Source: Candidatus Bathyarchaeum sp. (GTDB lineage Archaea > Thermoproteota > Bathyarchaeia > Bathyarchaeales > Bathyarchaeaceae). From it: a stretch of DNA of 64,000 bases. Of the stretch, positions 45,424 to 55,212 are shown in pieces. The notes beneath the pieces were generated by a model. It was not told where the DNA came from. It searched no databases and saw only the letters and a program-made list of their open reading frames with translations. The position numbers were made by a program, and so were the translations under genes. The DNA lies in the NCBI GenBank assembly GCA_026014495.1, contig JAOZIF010000136.1, positions 3,886-67,885 on the forward strand, read 5' to 3'. Position 1 is the stretch's first letter; each line of letters begins with the position of its first letter.

Positions 45424-46389
45424 TTGTCATTTGGGTTTGTTCCAATGGGAAGAGGTTCTGGTTTCGGAAAAACAATTTTGTTCGGTGAACACTTTGTTGT
45501 TCATGGCGTACCAGGTATTGCTTCAGCAGTTGACTCAGCAGCTGATGCGCACGTAAAAAAAGCCGCAAAAGGCATCAACGTAACAGATGAAAGAACAGGC
45601 GCAAAAGGTTATGCTGAAAAAAAGAAGCTGCAGCAGCTAGAGTCAATTGAAAGAATGCTAACAGCAATGAACATGGACCCACAAAAGACTTCAATGGATA
45701 TTTGGTTGGGTGGAAACCTTCCTGGATTTAGTGGACTTGGAGCTTCTGCGGCAAGCAGTGTCGCGATTGCCAGAGCCATAGCAGAAGAATATGAGTTGGT
45801 TTTGTCGGACGAACAAATTAATGACATTGCCTATGAAGCAGAAAAGGCGTATGCAGGAAATCCGTCAGGTATAGATAACACCGCAGCAACCTTTGGTGGT
45901 TTGATTTGGTTTAAGAAAAACTTGAACAAAGGCTCAAATGAAATAGAGCAACTAAGCATACGTGAGCCAGTTGAGATTGTGATTGGTAACACTGGAATTG
46001 TTGCTAACACTAAGGCAATGGTTGCAGGGGTCGCACAAAGAAAGGAACAAAACCCCGAAGAATATGCTGCAATCTTTAGGTATGCAGAAGAGTTAGCCAA
46101 TAAAGGAAGAAAGGCGCTGGATGAGTTTGACCTAAAGCAGGTTGGCAACCTTATGAATGAAAGCCATCAGTTGCTGCAGCAAATCGAGGTCTCTTGTAAC
46201 GAGCTAGACTACTTGGTTGAGTTAGCCAGAAAACAGGGAGCGTTTGGAGCAAAAATGACTGGGGGCGGAGGCGGAGGCTGTATGCTAGCTTTAACTCCAG
46301 GAAAAGACCTGCAAGAAAAGGTTGCGTTAGCCATAGAAAATGAGGGCTTTGAAGTATTAAGAACAAAGATTGGCGTCAGGAAAGTGTAA
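45424..46389 (+). CDS. mvk: Mevalonate kinase
   Basis: GKTILFGEHFVVHG, GLGASAASSVA and KMTGGGGGGCMLAL are the GHMP kinase motifs. The start may be the ATG at 45445 (MGRGSGFGK). Confidence 0.9.
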   Translation: MSFGFVPMGRGSGFGKTILFGEHFVVHGVPGIASAVDSAADAHVKKAAKGINVTDERTGAKGYAEKKKLQQLESIERMLTAMNMDPQKTSMDIWLGGNLPGFSGLGASAASSVAIARAIAEEYELVLSDEQINDIAYEAEKAYAGNPSGIDNTAATFGGLIWFKKNLNKGSNEIEQLSIREPVEIVIGNTGIVANTKAMVAGVAQRKEQNPEEYAAIFRYAEELANKGRKALDEFDLKQVGNLMNESHQLLQQIEVSCNELDYLVELARKQGAFGAKMTGGGGGGCMLALTPGKDLQEKVALAIENEGFEVLRTKIGVRKV

Positions 46390-46401
46390 GAGGGAACAAA
46401 T

Positions 46402-47709
46402 TTGGGTTTTAGAGGATTTATTGAACAGCTTGAACGTGAAGGAAAATTAACAAGAATCCAAAAAGAGGTTTCAGTCGACCTTGAGTTGGCGGGAATCGTT
46501 GAGGCACTGGGCGAAAAGCCATGCTTTTTTGAGAATGTGAAAGAGTCAGAACTGCCTGTTGTTGCAGGTTTGGTTTCTTCTAAAGAGCTTGTTGCTAAAG
46601 CATTGAACATGGACATACAGCAGATTTTGCCTAAGCTTTCACGGGCAATAGAGACTACTGTGGTTCCAGAAGTTGTGAAAACTGGTGAATGTCAGCAAGT
46701 AGTTGAAAAAAACGTTGATTTAACCAAGCTTCCTATAATGAAGTACACCGAAAAAGACGGCGGAAAATATGTTCCATCCGCCATTTCTCTAGTAAAAGAC
46801 CCTGAACTAGGAAGAAACATGTGCTTTCATCGATTAATGCTGATTGACAAAAACAAGTTTGTAGCTCGAATCGTAGAAAACAGGGGAACCGATACTGCAC
46901 TGAAAAAGGCAGGGGGCGAACTTGAAATCGCTATGTGCATTGGAAACTCAACAGCTGTTCTTCTTGCCGCTTCTACATCTTTGCCCATGGGCGTTGATGA
47001 GTTGGGAATGGCGAATGTTTTAGAAGAGACTGAATTGGTGAAATGTAAGACCATTGATATTGAGGTTCCAAGAGACTGCGAAATCGTTTTGGAGGGCAGG
47101 ATAACAAAAGAGTTGGTTCCCGAAGGCCCCTTCCTTGACCTTACGGGGATTGTTGATCGTGTTAGAATGCAGCCTGTTATAGAAATCAAATGTGTAACTC
47201 ACAGAAAGAACCCTATTTATCAAACAATTCTTGCAGGACGAAACGAACACAAGGTGCTGATGGGAATGCCTAAGGAACCCACAATTTTCAACGAAGTCAA
47301 TAAAGTCTGCAAATGCAACGACGTTTACATCACAACTGGTGGCTGCAGCTGGCTTCATGCAGTGGTGCAGATAACCAAACAGAACCCTGATGATGGAAAA
47401 AAGGCAATCAACGCAGCTTTTGAGGGTCACAAGTCGCTAAAGCATTGTGTTGTAGTGGATGATGATATAAACATCTATGACAGCAACGATGTTGAGTGGG
47501 CACTTGCAACACGTTTTCAGGCAGACAAAGCTGCGGTTATCTTGCCAAATCAGCCGGGGTCTTCACTTGATCCATCTGGAGATTTGACTGCGGGTAAAAA
47601 AGCTCGAACATGCAAGATGGGTTTAGATGCGACGATTCCTTTGAGTGGAACGGGTAAAGGCTTTAATAAGGAAAATTACCGAAAAGTTGACTTGAACAAG
47701 TTCTTGTGA
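46402..47709 (+). CDS. UbiD-family decarboxylase, probable trans-anhydromevalonate-5-phosphate decarboxylase
   Basis: 435 aa with a TTG start and UbiD-like collinearity (LKRIQKEV..., GPFLDLTG, TGGCSWLHAVVQI). It sits between mvk and the AcnX-like dehydratase genes, matching the archaeal-type mevalonate pathway. Confidence 0.65.
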   Translation: MGFRGFIEQLEREGKLTRIQKEVSVDLELAGIVEALGEKPCFFENVKESELPVVAGLVSSKELVAKALNMDIQQILPKLSRAIETTVVPEVVKTGECQQVVEKNVDLTKLPIMKYTEKDGGKYVPSAISLVKDPELGRNMCFHRLMLIDKNKFVARIVENRGTDTALKKAGGELEIAMCIGNSTAVLLAASTSLPMGVDELGMANVLEETELVKCKTIDIEVPRDCEIVLEGRITKELVPEGPFLDLTGIVDRVRMQPVIEIKCVTHRKNPIYQTILAGRNEHKVLMGMPKEPTIFNEVNKVCKCNDVYITTGGCSWLHAVVQITKQNPDDGKKAINAAFEGHKSLKHCVVVDDDINIYDSNDVEWALATRFQADKAAVILPNQPGSSLDPSGDLTAGKKARTCKMGLDATIPLSGTGKGFNKENYRKVDLNKFL

Positions 47710-47713
47710 TATT

Positions 47714-48910
47714 ATGTTTCTGACAAAAGATGAAGAGCGCATGCTAGATGGCGAAGAGGGTTACGCAGTAAAGAAGTCTATGGAGATACTGGTTGCTCTT
47801 GGGGACATTTACGGCGCCGAAAAACTCATACAAGTTGGGTCTGTGCAGGTTGCGGGCGTGTCTTATCATAATCTTGGGGATGCGGGTTTAGAGTTTCTTA
47901 ACGAGTTGGCAACAGACGGTAAGGTCAAAGTTCTTACAACCCTTAATCCTGCGGGAATGGACCTAGAAAACTGGCAGAATCTTGGCATTGACCCTGAGTT
48001 TGCGAGAAAACAGAATCTTGTTATTGATGCTTTCAGCAAGATGGGGATAATTGTTTCGTGCACTTGTACGCCTTATCTTATTGGTAACTTACCCCGTTAT
48101 GGTGAGCATGTTGCTTGGTCTGAGTCTTCGGCGGTTACTTTTGCGAATTCGGTTATTGGCGCGAAAACAAACAGGGAGGGTGGTCCTTCGGCGTTGGCGG
48201 CCGCCTTTGTGGGCAAAACGCCCTGTTATGGACTTCATTTGGATGAAAATAGAGTGCCAGATGTTCATGTGGATGTAACGGCTGATTTGTCTAAGTTTTC
48301 TGATTGGGGAGCTCTTGGTTATTGTGTTGGAACTCAGGCGCAAAGCAAAATTTCCTACATAACGGGCATAAAGGATGCTAGCGTGGATGAGTTGAAGACA
48401 TTTTGTGCTTCTGTGGTGACTTTTGGTTCAAAGCCGCTGTTTTATATGAAGGATATTACTCCTGGATCCGAGAATGTTCCGCTTCCAAAAGAGAAGATCA
48501 CAATCGATAAGCAGGATATACAAGATGCTTACCAAACAATTAACGATGAAACAGAAGACATTGACTTTGTTTGTATAGGCTGTCCGCATGCATCCATCAA
48601 AGAAATATCACAAATAGCAAGCCTGCTAAAAGGCAAGAAGATATCGCCAAACACGGAGTTCTGGGTTGCAACCTCAAGACCTGCAAAGCAGCTTGCTGAC
48701 AAAAGAGGCTACAGCAAAGTAATCGAGGCTGCTGGAGGAAAGTTTGCCTGTGACACTTGCATGGCTGTGGCTCCTTTGAAGGGAAGGTTTAGAGCAATCG
48801 CTACAACCTCCGCGAAGGGATGTTATTACTCAAGGCATAACAAGATGTTGACAAAGATGGGCAGCCTTGAAGAGTGCATAGCTGCTGGGGTGAGTGGAAA
48901 ATGGAAATGA
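47714..48910 (+). CDS. Aconitase-X-like (DUF521) protein, probable phosphomevalonate dehydratase large subunit
   Basis: 398 aa. MFLTKDEERMLDGEEGYAVKKSMEILVALGDIYGAEKLIQVGSVQVAGVSY is the DUF521/AcnX N-terminus. Confidence 0.7.
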   Translation: MFLTKDEERMLDGEEGYAVKKSMEILVALGDIYGAEKLIQVGSVQVAGVSYHNLGDAGLEFLNELATDGKVKVLTTLNPAGMDLENWQNLGIDPEFARKQNLVIDAFSKMGIIVSCTCTPYLIGNLPRYGEHVAWSESSAVTFANSVIGAKTNREGGPSALAAAFVGKTPCYGLHLDENRVPDVHVDVTADLSKFSDWGALGYCVGTQAQSKISYITGIKDASVDELKTFCASVVTFGSKPLFYMKDITPGSENVPLPKEKITIDKQDIQDAYQTINDETEDIDFVCIGCPHASIKEISQIASLLKGKKISPNTEFWVATSRPAKQLADKRGYSKVIEAAGGKFACDTCMAVAPLKGRFRAIATTSAKGCYYSRHNKMLTKMGSLEECIAAGVSGKWK

Positions 48911-49287
48911 AAGGAAGAATTATTTCCAGGGGTGTTGCTGAGGGCGAGGCGTTAACGACAACTCAGCCGATTTCGTTTTATGGCGGGGTAGACCCAGAGA
49001 CCAGCGAGATACTGGAAAAGGGTCATGAGTTGCAGGGAAAACTAATCAAAGGTAAAATCTTGGTTTTCCCGACGGGAAAAGGCTCAACAGTTGGTTCGTA
49101 TACTCTTTATAGGCTAAAGAAAGGTGGGGTGGCTCCTGCGGGGCTTGTGAACAGTGAATGTGAAACTGTTGTTGCTGTGGGCGCGATAATCTCTGAGATA
49201 CCCTGCGTTGATAAGGTTGACATTTCAAAAATAGCGACTGGTGACATTGTTCGATTAGAGAACGGGGTTGTCACAATAAAGAAGTAA
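48901..49287 (+). CDS. DUF126 protein, probable phosphomevalonate dehydratase small subunit
   Basis: MEMKGRIISRGVAEGEALTTTQPISFYGGVDPETSEI is the DUF126/AcnX small-subunit pattern. ATG 48901 overlaps the large-subunit stop (ATGGAAATGA). Confidence 0.7.
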   Translation: MEMKGRIISRGVAEGEALTTTQPISFYGGVDPETSEILEKGHELQGKLIKGKILVFPTGKGSTVGSYTLYRLKKGGVAPAGLVNSECETVVAVGAIISEIPCVDKVDISKIATGDIVRLENGVVTIKK

Positions 49288-49345
49288 ACATGTTGACAAA
49301 TCTGCAAGCCAACTTGTCTACAATAAACATTGATGGTGTACCTTG

Positions 49346-50146
49346 ATGGGAGTTAAGCCAACTGTTCTAAAACTCGGCGGCTCTGTGATAACAGACAAGA
49401 ATAAGCCATCTACCGCAAACGTTGATGCAATTGACCGACTGGCAGACGAGATTTCCAGCGCCAAAGTTTCGTCGCTTATTTTAGTTCATGGCGGTGGCTC
49501 TTTTGGGCATCCCATTGCAAAAAAATATAATCTAACTGAAGGCTACGGTGACCCATCACAGGTCATCGGGTTTTCAGAAACCCATCGTGCCATGACCAAG
49601 TTGAACAATTTTGTTATGGAGGCACTATTTAGCCATAATATTAACGCGGTAGTTGTTCAGCCATCTTCTTGTGTACTAACAACGGGAGGCAGAATCCAAA
49701 GCATGGAACAAAAGCCAATAGAAAGAATGCTTGACATGGGGCTTGTGCCTGTTCTTTTTGGAGATGCAGTTCTTGACTCTGAGAAAGGATTTGCCATACT
49801 GTCTGGAGACCAGCTTGTTTCGTCGTTGGCAATAACTTTTGGTGCATCCCGTATCATAATGGGCGGGGATGTTGATGGATTGTACACCGCAGACCCAAAA
49901 GTGAACGCTTCAGCTAAGTTGATTGAGCGTGTTACATTGGAAGAATTAAAAAACCAAAAACATGAGATAGAAGGGTCAAAGGCAATCGATGATGTGACGG
50001 GGGGTATGCTGGGAAAGATGCGTGAATTAATTCCTGCAATAGAGAAGAATATTCAAACGTTGATTGTAAATGCTACAAAGCCCTTGAGAGTTTACAAGGC
50101 GCTCAGGGAAGAAGAAGTTGTTGGGACAATTATCAAGAAAAGGTGA
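49346..50146 (+). CDS. Isopentenyl phosphate kinase
   Basis: VLKLGGSVITDK, HGGGSFGH and ILSGDQL are amino-acid-kinase fold motifs of IPK. Confidence 0.85.
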   Translation: MGVKPTVLKLGGSVITDKNKPSTANVDAIDRLADEISSAKVSSLILVHGGGSFGHPIAKKYNLTEGYGDPSQVIGFSETHRAMTKLNNFVMEALFSHNINAVVVQPSSCVLTTGGRIQSMEQKPIERMLDMGLVPVLFGDAVLDSEKGFAILSGDQLVSSLAITFGASRIIMGGDVDGLYTADPKVNASAKLIERVTLEELKNQKHEIEGSKAIDDVTGGMLGKMRELIPAIEKNIQTLIVNATKPLRVYKALREEEVVGTIIKKR

Positions 50147-50149
50147 AAC

Positions 50150-51253
50150 ATGTTGGATGATATTATTGGAGAGCGGAAAGCTGACCACATAGACGTGTGT
50201 CTTAAAGAAAATGTTCAATCCCAGAAAGTGACAACGGGATTTGAGGATGTTCATCTTGTGCATAATGCTCTACCTGAGATTGAAAGAGACAAAATTGACA
50301 CTTCGTTAACCGTTTTTGGTTACAAGTTTTCTGCCCCCTTTTTTGTTGGAGCAATGACAGGAGGCACAGAACAAGCAACAAAAATCAACGCTGCCATAGC
50401 CGAAGCAGTAGAATCGCTTCATCTTGGGATGGGTGTTGGAAGCCAAAGAATAGCAATTGACAACCCAAAAGTTGAGCGCTCATTTAGTATTGTTCGTGAA
50501 AAAGCGCCAACAGCTTTCGTTTTAGCTAACATTGGCGGCCCACAGCTTGTCAACAAATATGGGGTGAAAGAAGCAAAAAAAGTGGTTGACATGGTAAAAG
50601 CAGACGCTTTAGCTGTTCATTTGAACGCATTACAGGAGGCTGTTCAGCCAGAAGGAGACACAAACTACTCAAATCTTCTCCAAAAAATATGCAAACTTGC
50701 CCAAGAATTAGATGTTCCCGTGGTCGTGAAGGAAACTGGTGCAGGAATCTGTGCAGAAGATGTAGTAATGCTTGATGCAGCAGGTGTTGCAGCAATAGAT
50801 GTTGCAGGCGTTGGGGGCACAAGTTGGGCAGCAGTAGAATATTACCGTGCTAAAGCGCGCAAAGATGAGGCCAGTCAAAGGTTGGGTGAAACGTTCTGGG
50901 ATTGGGGCATACCCACGGCAGTAAGTCTTGTGGAAACAGTCAAGTCCTCTCGTTTGCCTGTCATAGCTTCGGGTGGAATACGCACTGGGGTAGATGTGAC
51001 AAAAGCTTTAGCTTTAGGTGCAAGCTTGGCTAGTGCGACTTATCCATTTTTAGGTCCAGCCACGAAATCTTCGGAAGATGTTAAAAAGGCGCTGGGGTAT
51101 TTGGTTGCAGAAGTGAGAAATGCGATGTTTCTTGTAGGCGCAAATTCGATTGAAAAGCTGCATCAGGTTCCAGTTGTGTTAACTGGAAAAACCTCTGAGT
51201 GGTTAACGGTACGCGGTTTTCAGCCTGAAGTTTATGCGAGGAGAAAACTATGA
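50150..51253 (+). CDS. fni: Isopentenyl-diphosphate delta-isomerase, type 2 (FMN-dependent)
   Basis: 367 aa. FFVGAMTGG, VVVKETGAG and ASGGIRTG. Confidence 0.9.
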   Translation: MLDDIIGERKADHIDVCLKENVQSQKVTTGFEDVHLVHNALPEIERDKIDTSLTVFGYKFSAPFFVGAMTGGTEQATKINAAIAEAVESLHLGMGVGSQRIAIDNPKVERSFSIVREKAPTAFVLANIGGPQLVNKYGVKEAKKVVDMVKADALAVHLNALQEAVQPEGDTNYSNLLQKICKLAQELDVPVVVKETGAGICAEDVVMLDAAGVAAIDVAGVGGTSWAAVEYYRAKARKDEASQRLGETFWDWGIPTAVSLVETVKSSRLPVIASGGIRTGVDVTKALALGASLASATYPFLGPATKSSEDVKKALGYLVAEVRNAMFLVGANSIEKLHQVPVVLTGKTSEWLTVRGFQPEVYARRKL

Positions 51254-52251
51254 GCCGTTTGTCATCTCAGATAGCGGAATCAGCAAATAAAGTGAACAAA
51301 TTCATTGAAACTGTTGTGGATTTGGACAGTGAACCCAAAGTTCTCTACAATGCTGCTCGTCACATAATTGATGCTGGTGGAAAACGGCTAAGACCGTTTC
51401 TTGTCTTGAAGACCTGCAAGCTGGTCGGAGGAAACGAAGAGGATGCGCTTGCAACAGCCGCATCTTTGGAGATGCTTCATACTTTCACTTTGCTTCACGA
51501 CGACATAATGGACCAAGACGAAAAGCGGCGTGGAGTTCCGTCTGTTCACACTAAATGGGGAGTGCCCATTGCGATAGTGGCTGGAGACTTGTTGTTTGCC
51601 AAGGTTTACGAGGCAATCACCAAGTATACAGATTCCAATCGTGTGAAGCCAAAGCGAATCTTGCAGGTAATGCAGGAAGTTAGCGAGGCAACCATCGTTT
51701 TGTGTGAAGGTCAGACACGTGACATGATGTTTGAATGTAAAGAAACCGTGTCTGAGGCTGAGTACTTTAAGATGATTGAGGGAAAAACTGCGGCGCTGTT
51801 TGAAGTTTCGGCTCGGTGTGGCGGATTGTTGGGCGGCGCAACTAAAAGTCAAGTTAAGCGTCTTGGCGAGTTTGGGCATTACTCGGGCATTGCATTTCAG
51901 GTGATTGATGATGTTTTGGCTTTGACTGCAGATGAGAAAGTTCTCAAGAAGCCTGTTGGTAATGATATTCGTGAAGGAAAACGCACTTTGATGGTTGTTT
52001 ATGCACTCAAGAAAGCTTCGGCACGTCAGAAAAAACAGATTCTTGAAACCCTTGGAAACAAGGATGCATCTGCTGAGCAAATAAAGGAAACTATCTCTTT
52101 GATTGATTCTTTGGGCGCAATTACTTACGCCAAAAAGCTTGCTGACCGATACATCAAAAAAGCCAAAAAGGCATTGGCAAGATTTCCTGACTGTGACGAC
52201 AAAGAAGACCTAATAAACTTAGCAGACCTGATTTTTGATAGACAACATTAA
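51250..52251 (+). CDS. idsA: Polyprenyl (geranylgeranyl) diphosphate synthase
   Basis: 333 aa. First and second Asp-rich motifs LLHDDIMD and FQVIDDVLA. Confidence 0.85.
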   Translation: MSRLSSQIAESANKVNKFIETVVDLDSEPKVLYNAARHIIDAGGKRLRPFLVLKTCKLVGGNEEDALATAASLEMLHTFTLLHDDIMDQDEKRRGVPSVHTKWGVPIAIVAGDLLFAKVYEAITKYTDSNRVKPKRILQVMQEVSEATIVLCEGQTRDMMFECKETVSEAEYFKMIEGKTAALFEVSARCGGLLGGATKSQVKRLGEFGHYSGIAFQVIDDVLALTADEKVLKKPVGNDIREGKRTLMVVYALKKASARQKKQILETLGNKDASAEQIKETISLIDSLGAITYAKKLADRYIKKAKKALARFPDCDDKEDLINLADLIFDRQH

Positions 52252-52266
52252 ACAAAGTGGCGTGCC

Positions 52267-54018
52267 TTGAATCCAAAAGAAGAAAAAGAAGCAAAAGAGC
52301 TAATCAAAAAAATTGTACTTCTAAATGCTATTCGTTACGAAGGAAAAGCTACACCTAAGCCTATTTTTAGCAAACTGTTAGGTGAGTACCCCCAGTTTAG
52401 AAAAAACGTGAAAGCTGTTGCACCAATCATTAGCAAGATTGTACAAGAAATCAATGAGTTGCCTCTAGGGCGGCAAAAAGAAATTGTAGCCAAAAATTGG
52501 CCTGAAGCGTTAGTTGAAGAAAAAGTTGAAGAAATAAAGCAGCTTCCGCCGTTGCCAAACGCCAAAAAGTATGACAAGGTTGTTACGCGCTTTTCTCCAA
52601 ACCCTGACTTTGTTTTGCACCTTGGTTCTGCTAGGGCAATTTTGCTCAGTTACGATTACGCGAAAATGTATAACGGCAGTTTTATTCTTCGTTTTGAGGA
52701 CACGGACTCTAAGACTAAGAAGCCAAAGTTGGAGTTCTATGATGCTGTTCGTGAGGATTTGGATTGGTTAGGTTGCAAGTGGGATTCTGAGTTTATTCAA
52801 AGTGATAGGCTTCCGATTTATTATGAGCATGCTGAAGAGTTGATTAAAGCAGGTAACGCCTACGTTTGTGTTTGTGAGCGGGAGGTTTTTCAGGAAAAAT
52901 CGAGGGCTGGCAAAGCGTGTCCCTGTAGAGTGTTATCTGTAGACGAAAATTTGGTTCGTTGGAATCAGATGTTAAATGGAGTGTATGCTGATGGGGAGGC
53001 TGTTGTTCGGGTTAAAACGGATTTGAGTCATCCTAACCCTGCTGTTCGGGACTGGCCCGCTTTGAGGATTGTTGATACAAAAAAGTTTCCTCATCCCCGA
53101 GTTGGCAGCAAATACCGTGTTTGGCCACTCTACAACTTTTCTACAGGCGTTGATGACCATCTGATGGGTATCACGCACATTATACGGGGAAAAGAGCATC
53201 TTACCAATCAGGCTAGGCAAGAATACATGTACAAGCATTTTGGATGGACATATCCTGAAACAATTCACTATGGTAGGCTAAAGATAACCGGGGCATCCCT
53301 TAGCAAATCAGAAATCGTGAAGGGCATGGACAGTGGCTTATACAAAAGCTGGGATGACCCGCGGTTGGCTACTCTTGCGGCGCTGAGAAGGCGTGGAATA
53401 ACCGCAGAGGCGATTCACAGTTTAATTGTTGATGTTGGTCCTAAGCCGCAGGATGTGGTTTTAGCTTGGAAAAACCTGTATGCACATAACCGAAAGCAAA
53501 TTGACCCTACGGCTAAGCGTTACTTCTTTGTGCAAAACCCCGTGAAACTGGTTGTAGATGCTGTTCCACACGATTTTATGGTTCAAGCTCCGTTTCATCC
53601 TGACTGTCCTGAAATGGGTGTTCGCAGATTTGAGGTTAAGCCCAAGAACGGGGAAGCAGTATTGCTGATTTCCAGTGATGATGTAGAGACAGTGAAAGGG
53701 AAGAGTGCTGTGCGTTTGATGGATTTGTTTAACTTCAAAGTGAAAACAATCAAAGATGATGTGGTTCGGGCTGATTTTCTGGGCGAGTCTTACGAAGAGG
53801 CTAAACAGCTTGGTGCACCTTTGATTCACTGGGTTCCCGCTGATAGTGGTGTTGCATGTGAAGTTGTGATGCCTGACGCTTCCGTGGCTAAAGGCGTTGC
53901 AGAGGATGCCTGCAGGGCTTTGACTGTAAATGAGATTGTTCAGTTCCAGCGTTTTGGTTTTGCCCGAGTAGACCATGTTGATAACAAGAAGTTGACGGCA
54001 TATTTTGCGCATCGTTAG
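52267..54018 (+). CDS. gltX: Glutamyl-tRNA synthetase (archaeal/eukaryal type)
   Basis: 583 aa with a TTG start. FSPNPDFVLHLGSARAILLSYDYAK, ILRFEDTD and LSKS. Confidence 0.9.
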   Translation: MNPKEEKEAKELIKKIVLLNAIRYEGKATPKPIFSKLLGEYPQFRKNVKAVAPIISKIVQEINELPLGRQKEIVAKNWPEALVEEKVEEIKQLPPLPNAKKYDKVVTRFSPNPDFVLHLGSARAILLSYDYAKMYNGSFILRFEDTDSKTKKPKLEFYDAVREDLDWLGCKWDSEFIQSDRLPIYYEHAEELIKAGNAYVCVCEREVFQEKSRAGKACPCRVLSVDENLVRWNQMLNGVYADGEAVVRVKTDLSHPNPAVRDWPALRIVDTKKFPHPRVGSKYRVWPLYNFSTGVDDHLMGITHIIRGKEHLTNQARQEYMYKHFGWTYPETIHYGRLKITGASLSKSEIVKGMDSGLYKSWDDPRLATLAALRRRGITAEAIHSLIVDVGPKPQDVVLAWKNLYAHNRKQIDPTAKRYFFVQNPVKLVVDAVPHDFMVQAPFHPDCPEMGVRRFEVKPKNGEAVLLISSDDVETVKGKSAVRLMDLFNFKVKTIKDDVVRADFLGESYEEAKQLGAPLIHWVPADSGVACEVVMPDASVAKGVAEDACRALTVNEIVQFQRFGFARVDHVDNKKLTAYFAHR

Positions 54019-54075
54019 CTTGTTGGCGGAACTTTTTATTACACTTAATTGAGTTATTTCTTGAGGGGTCAACGG

Positions 54076-55113
54076 GTGTCAAAGCTTGTTGCTAAGTGTG
54101 GAATAGATTGTGGTGCGTGTCCTTGGGGGCCTTATCCTAGAAAGGGCATGTCTGCACAAGATTTTGAAGCGTATAAACGCGATGCTAAACGTGTTTTGGG
54201 TCATGTGCCAATCAAGACGCCGTGTGTGACGTGTCAAATTCCAGACGATAAGATTCCTAAAACATCAAAGTTACCTAACAAAAGGTGCTTGATACGGCAG
54301 TGTGTAGACAAGGCTGGAGTTGAGAACTGTGGTTATTGTTCTCGCTTTCCATGTGACACAGTTACAGAGACGGCTGGGGCTTGGAACCGTGAGAGTATCG
54401 AGGTTAAGCTTGGTGCATCCCTTTCTGAAGAGGCTTATCACTCGTTTGTTGAACCTTTTGAGGGGCTGGCTCGTTTAGAGGCTATTCGTGATTCGTTAAA
54501 GCCAGATAAGATTGTAGACCCTGCGAAAGTTTGTGTGCCTAAGATAAGGCTAGCTGATTTTCCAAAGAATTTACCTTTTAGCAAGGACGAGGTGTCTTCT
54601 TTCAAAGCGGTTTATAATTTGCTTGCAAACATAGAGCGTTCTTCGTTTGGGTTAAAGGATACTGACACGTTTGCTCAGCAGCACAAACTGAAAAAACAAA
54701 GAGCACACGTTTTGAGGTTTTTGTGGCTGCTTGGAGCTTACGGCGAATTTGAGAATGGAGATACTTCACGGCTTGTTGTTGATGCTGAGACGTATCTTTT
54801 TAACCGTGGTAGCGAGAAGAGTTTAGCGATTTGGTCTTTTGTTGATGGTGTTATTTTCAAGCTTTTATCTGGGTTTGGAGTTTGTTGTGAACGTCTTGTG
54901 TTAGATGGATTACTGAAGGAAGAACTGACCACGGGTACGGGTTATCTTCGAAAAAAGGGGTGGGTAATGAGTATGTCGTTTGACGCGAAAATCGGCGGTA
55001 AGAATGCTCTTGAAGCGTTGCAAGTTTACATTAAGAAACTAGCCAAAGAATATGGCAAAAGAGCTTTTCAGCGTTTTTGCGTAGCAGACATGCATGTTTT
55101 ATCTGCAGCCTGA
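54076..55113 (+). CDS. DUF3795-like Cys-rich N-terminal domain fused to an unknown ~230-aa C-terminal domain
   Basis: KCGIDCGACPW...CVTC...CLIRQCVDKAGVENCGYCSRFPCD fits DUF3795. GTG 54076 lies 7 nt after GAGGGGT (the track start 54049 is also possible). The C-terminal half is unrecognised. Confidence 0.55.
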   Translation: MSKLVAKCGIDCGACPWGPYPRKGMSAQDFEAYKRDAKRVLGHVPIKTPCVTCQIPDDKIPKTSKLPNKRCLIRQCVDKAGVENCGYCSRFPCDTVTETAGAWNRESIEVKLGASLSEEAYHSFVEPFEGLARLEAIRDSLKPDKIVDPAKVCVPKIRLADFPKNLPFSKDEVSSFKAVYNLLANIERSSFGLKDTDTFAQQHKLKKQRAHVLRFLWLLGAYGEFENGDTSRLVVDAETYLFNRGSEKSLAIWSFVDGVIFKLLSGFGVCCERLVLDGLLKEELTTGTGYLRKKGWVMSMSFDAKIGGKNALEALQVYIKKLAKEYGKRAFQRFCVADMHVLSAA

Positions 55114-55150
55114 ATTGTGAAAAGAAGTTAATGAGAGCTTAGCGTTAATT

Positions 55151-55207
55151 GTTTTCTGAAAAAAGGTTGTTTTCAACAATGTACCTCTATTAGACTACAA
55201 ATATGTG
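55151..55207 (+). repeat. Copy R6 of the ~60-bp intergenic repeat
   Basis: GTTTTCTGAAAAAAGGTTGTTTTCAACAATGTACCTCTATTAGACTACAAATATGTG. 42 nt are identical to R3. It lies 37 nt after the DUF3795-fusion stop and 5 nt before the TIR-like gene stop. Confidence 0.9.
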
Positions 55208-55212
55208 TGGTT

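Noticed and set aside
51388-52080. 230-aa ORF antisense to the GGPP synthase gene. Similar long antisense ORFs lie at 53461-54072 (in gltX), 21580-22233 (in purD), 23467-23952 (in purF), 15652-16119 (in purL), 36981-37563 (in moeA) and 30470-30910 (in the ThiF-like gene).
   Set aside because: Each lies entirely inside a confidently identified gene on the opposite strand. Each has a low-complexity or odd composition (Cys/Ser/Leu/Arg-rich) and no recognisable motifs. These are typical shadow ORFs caused by codon bias.
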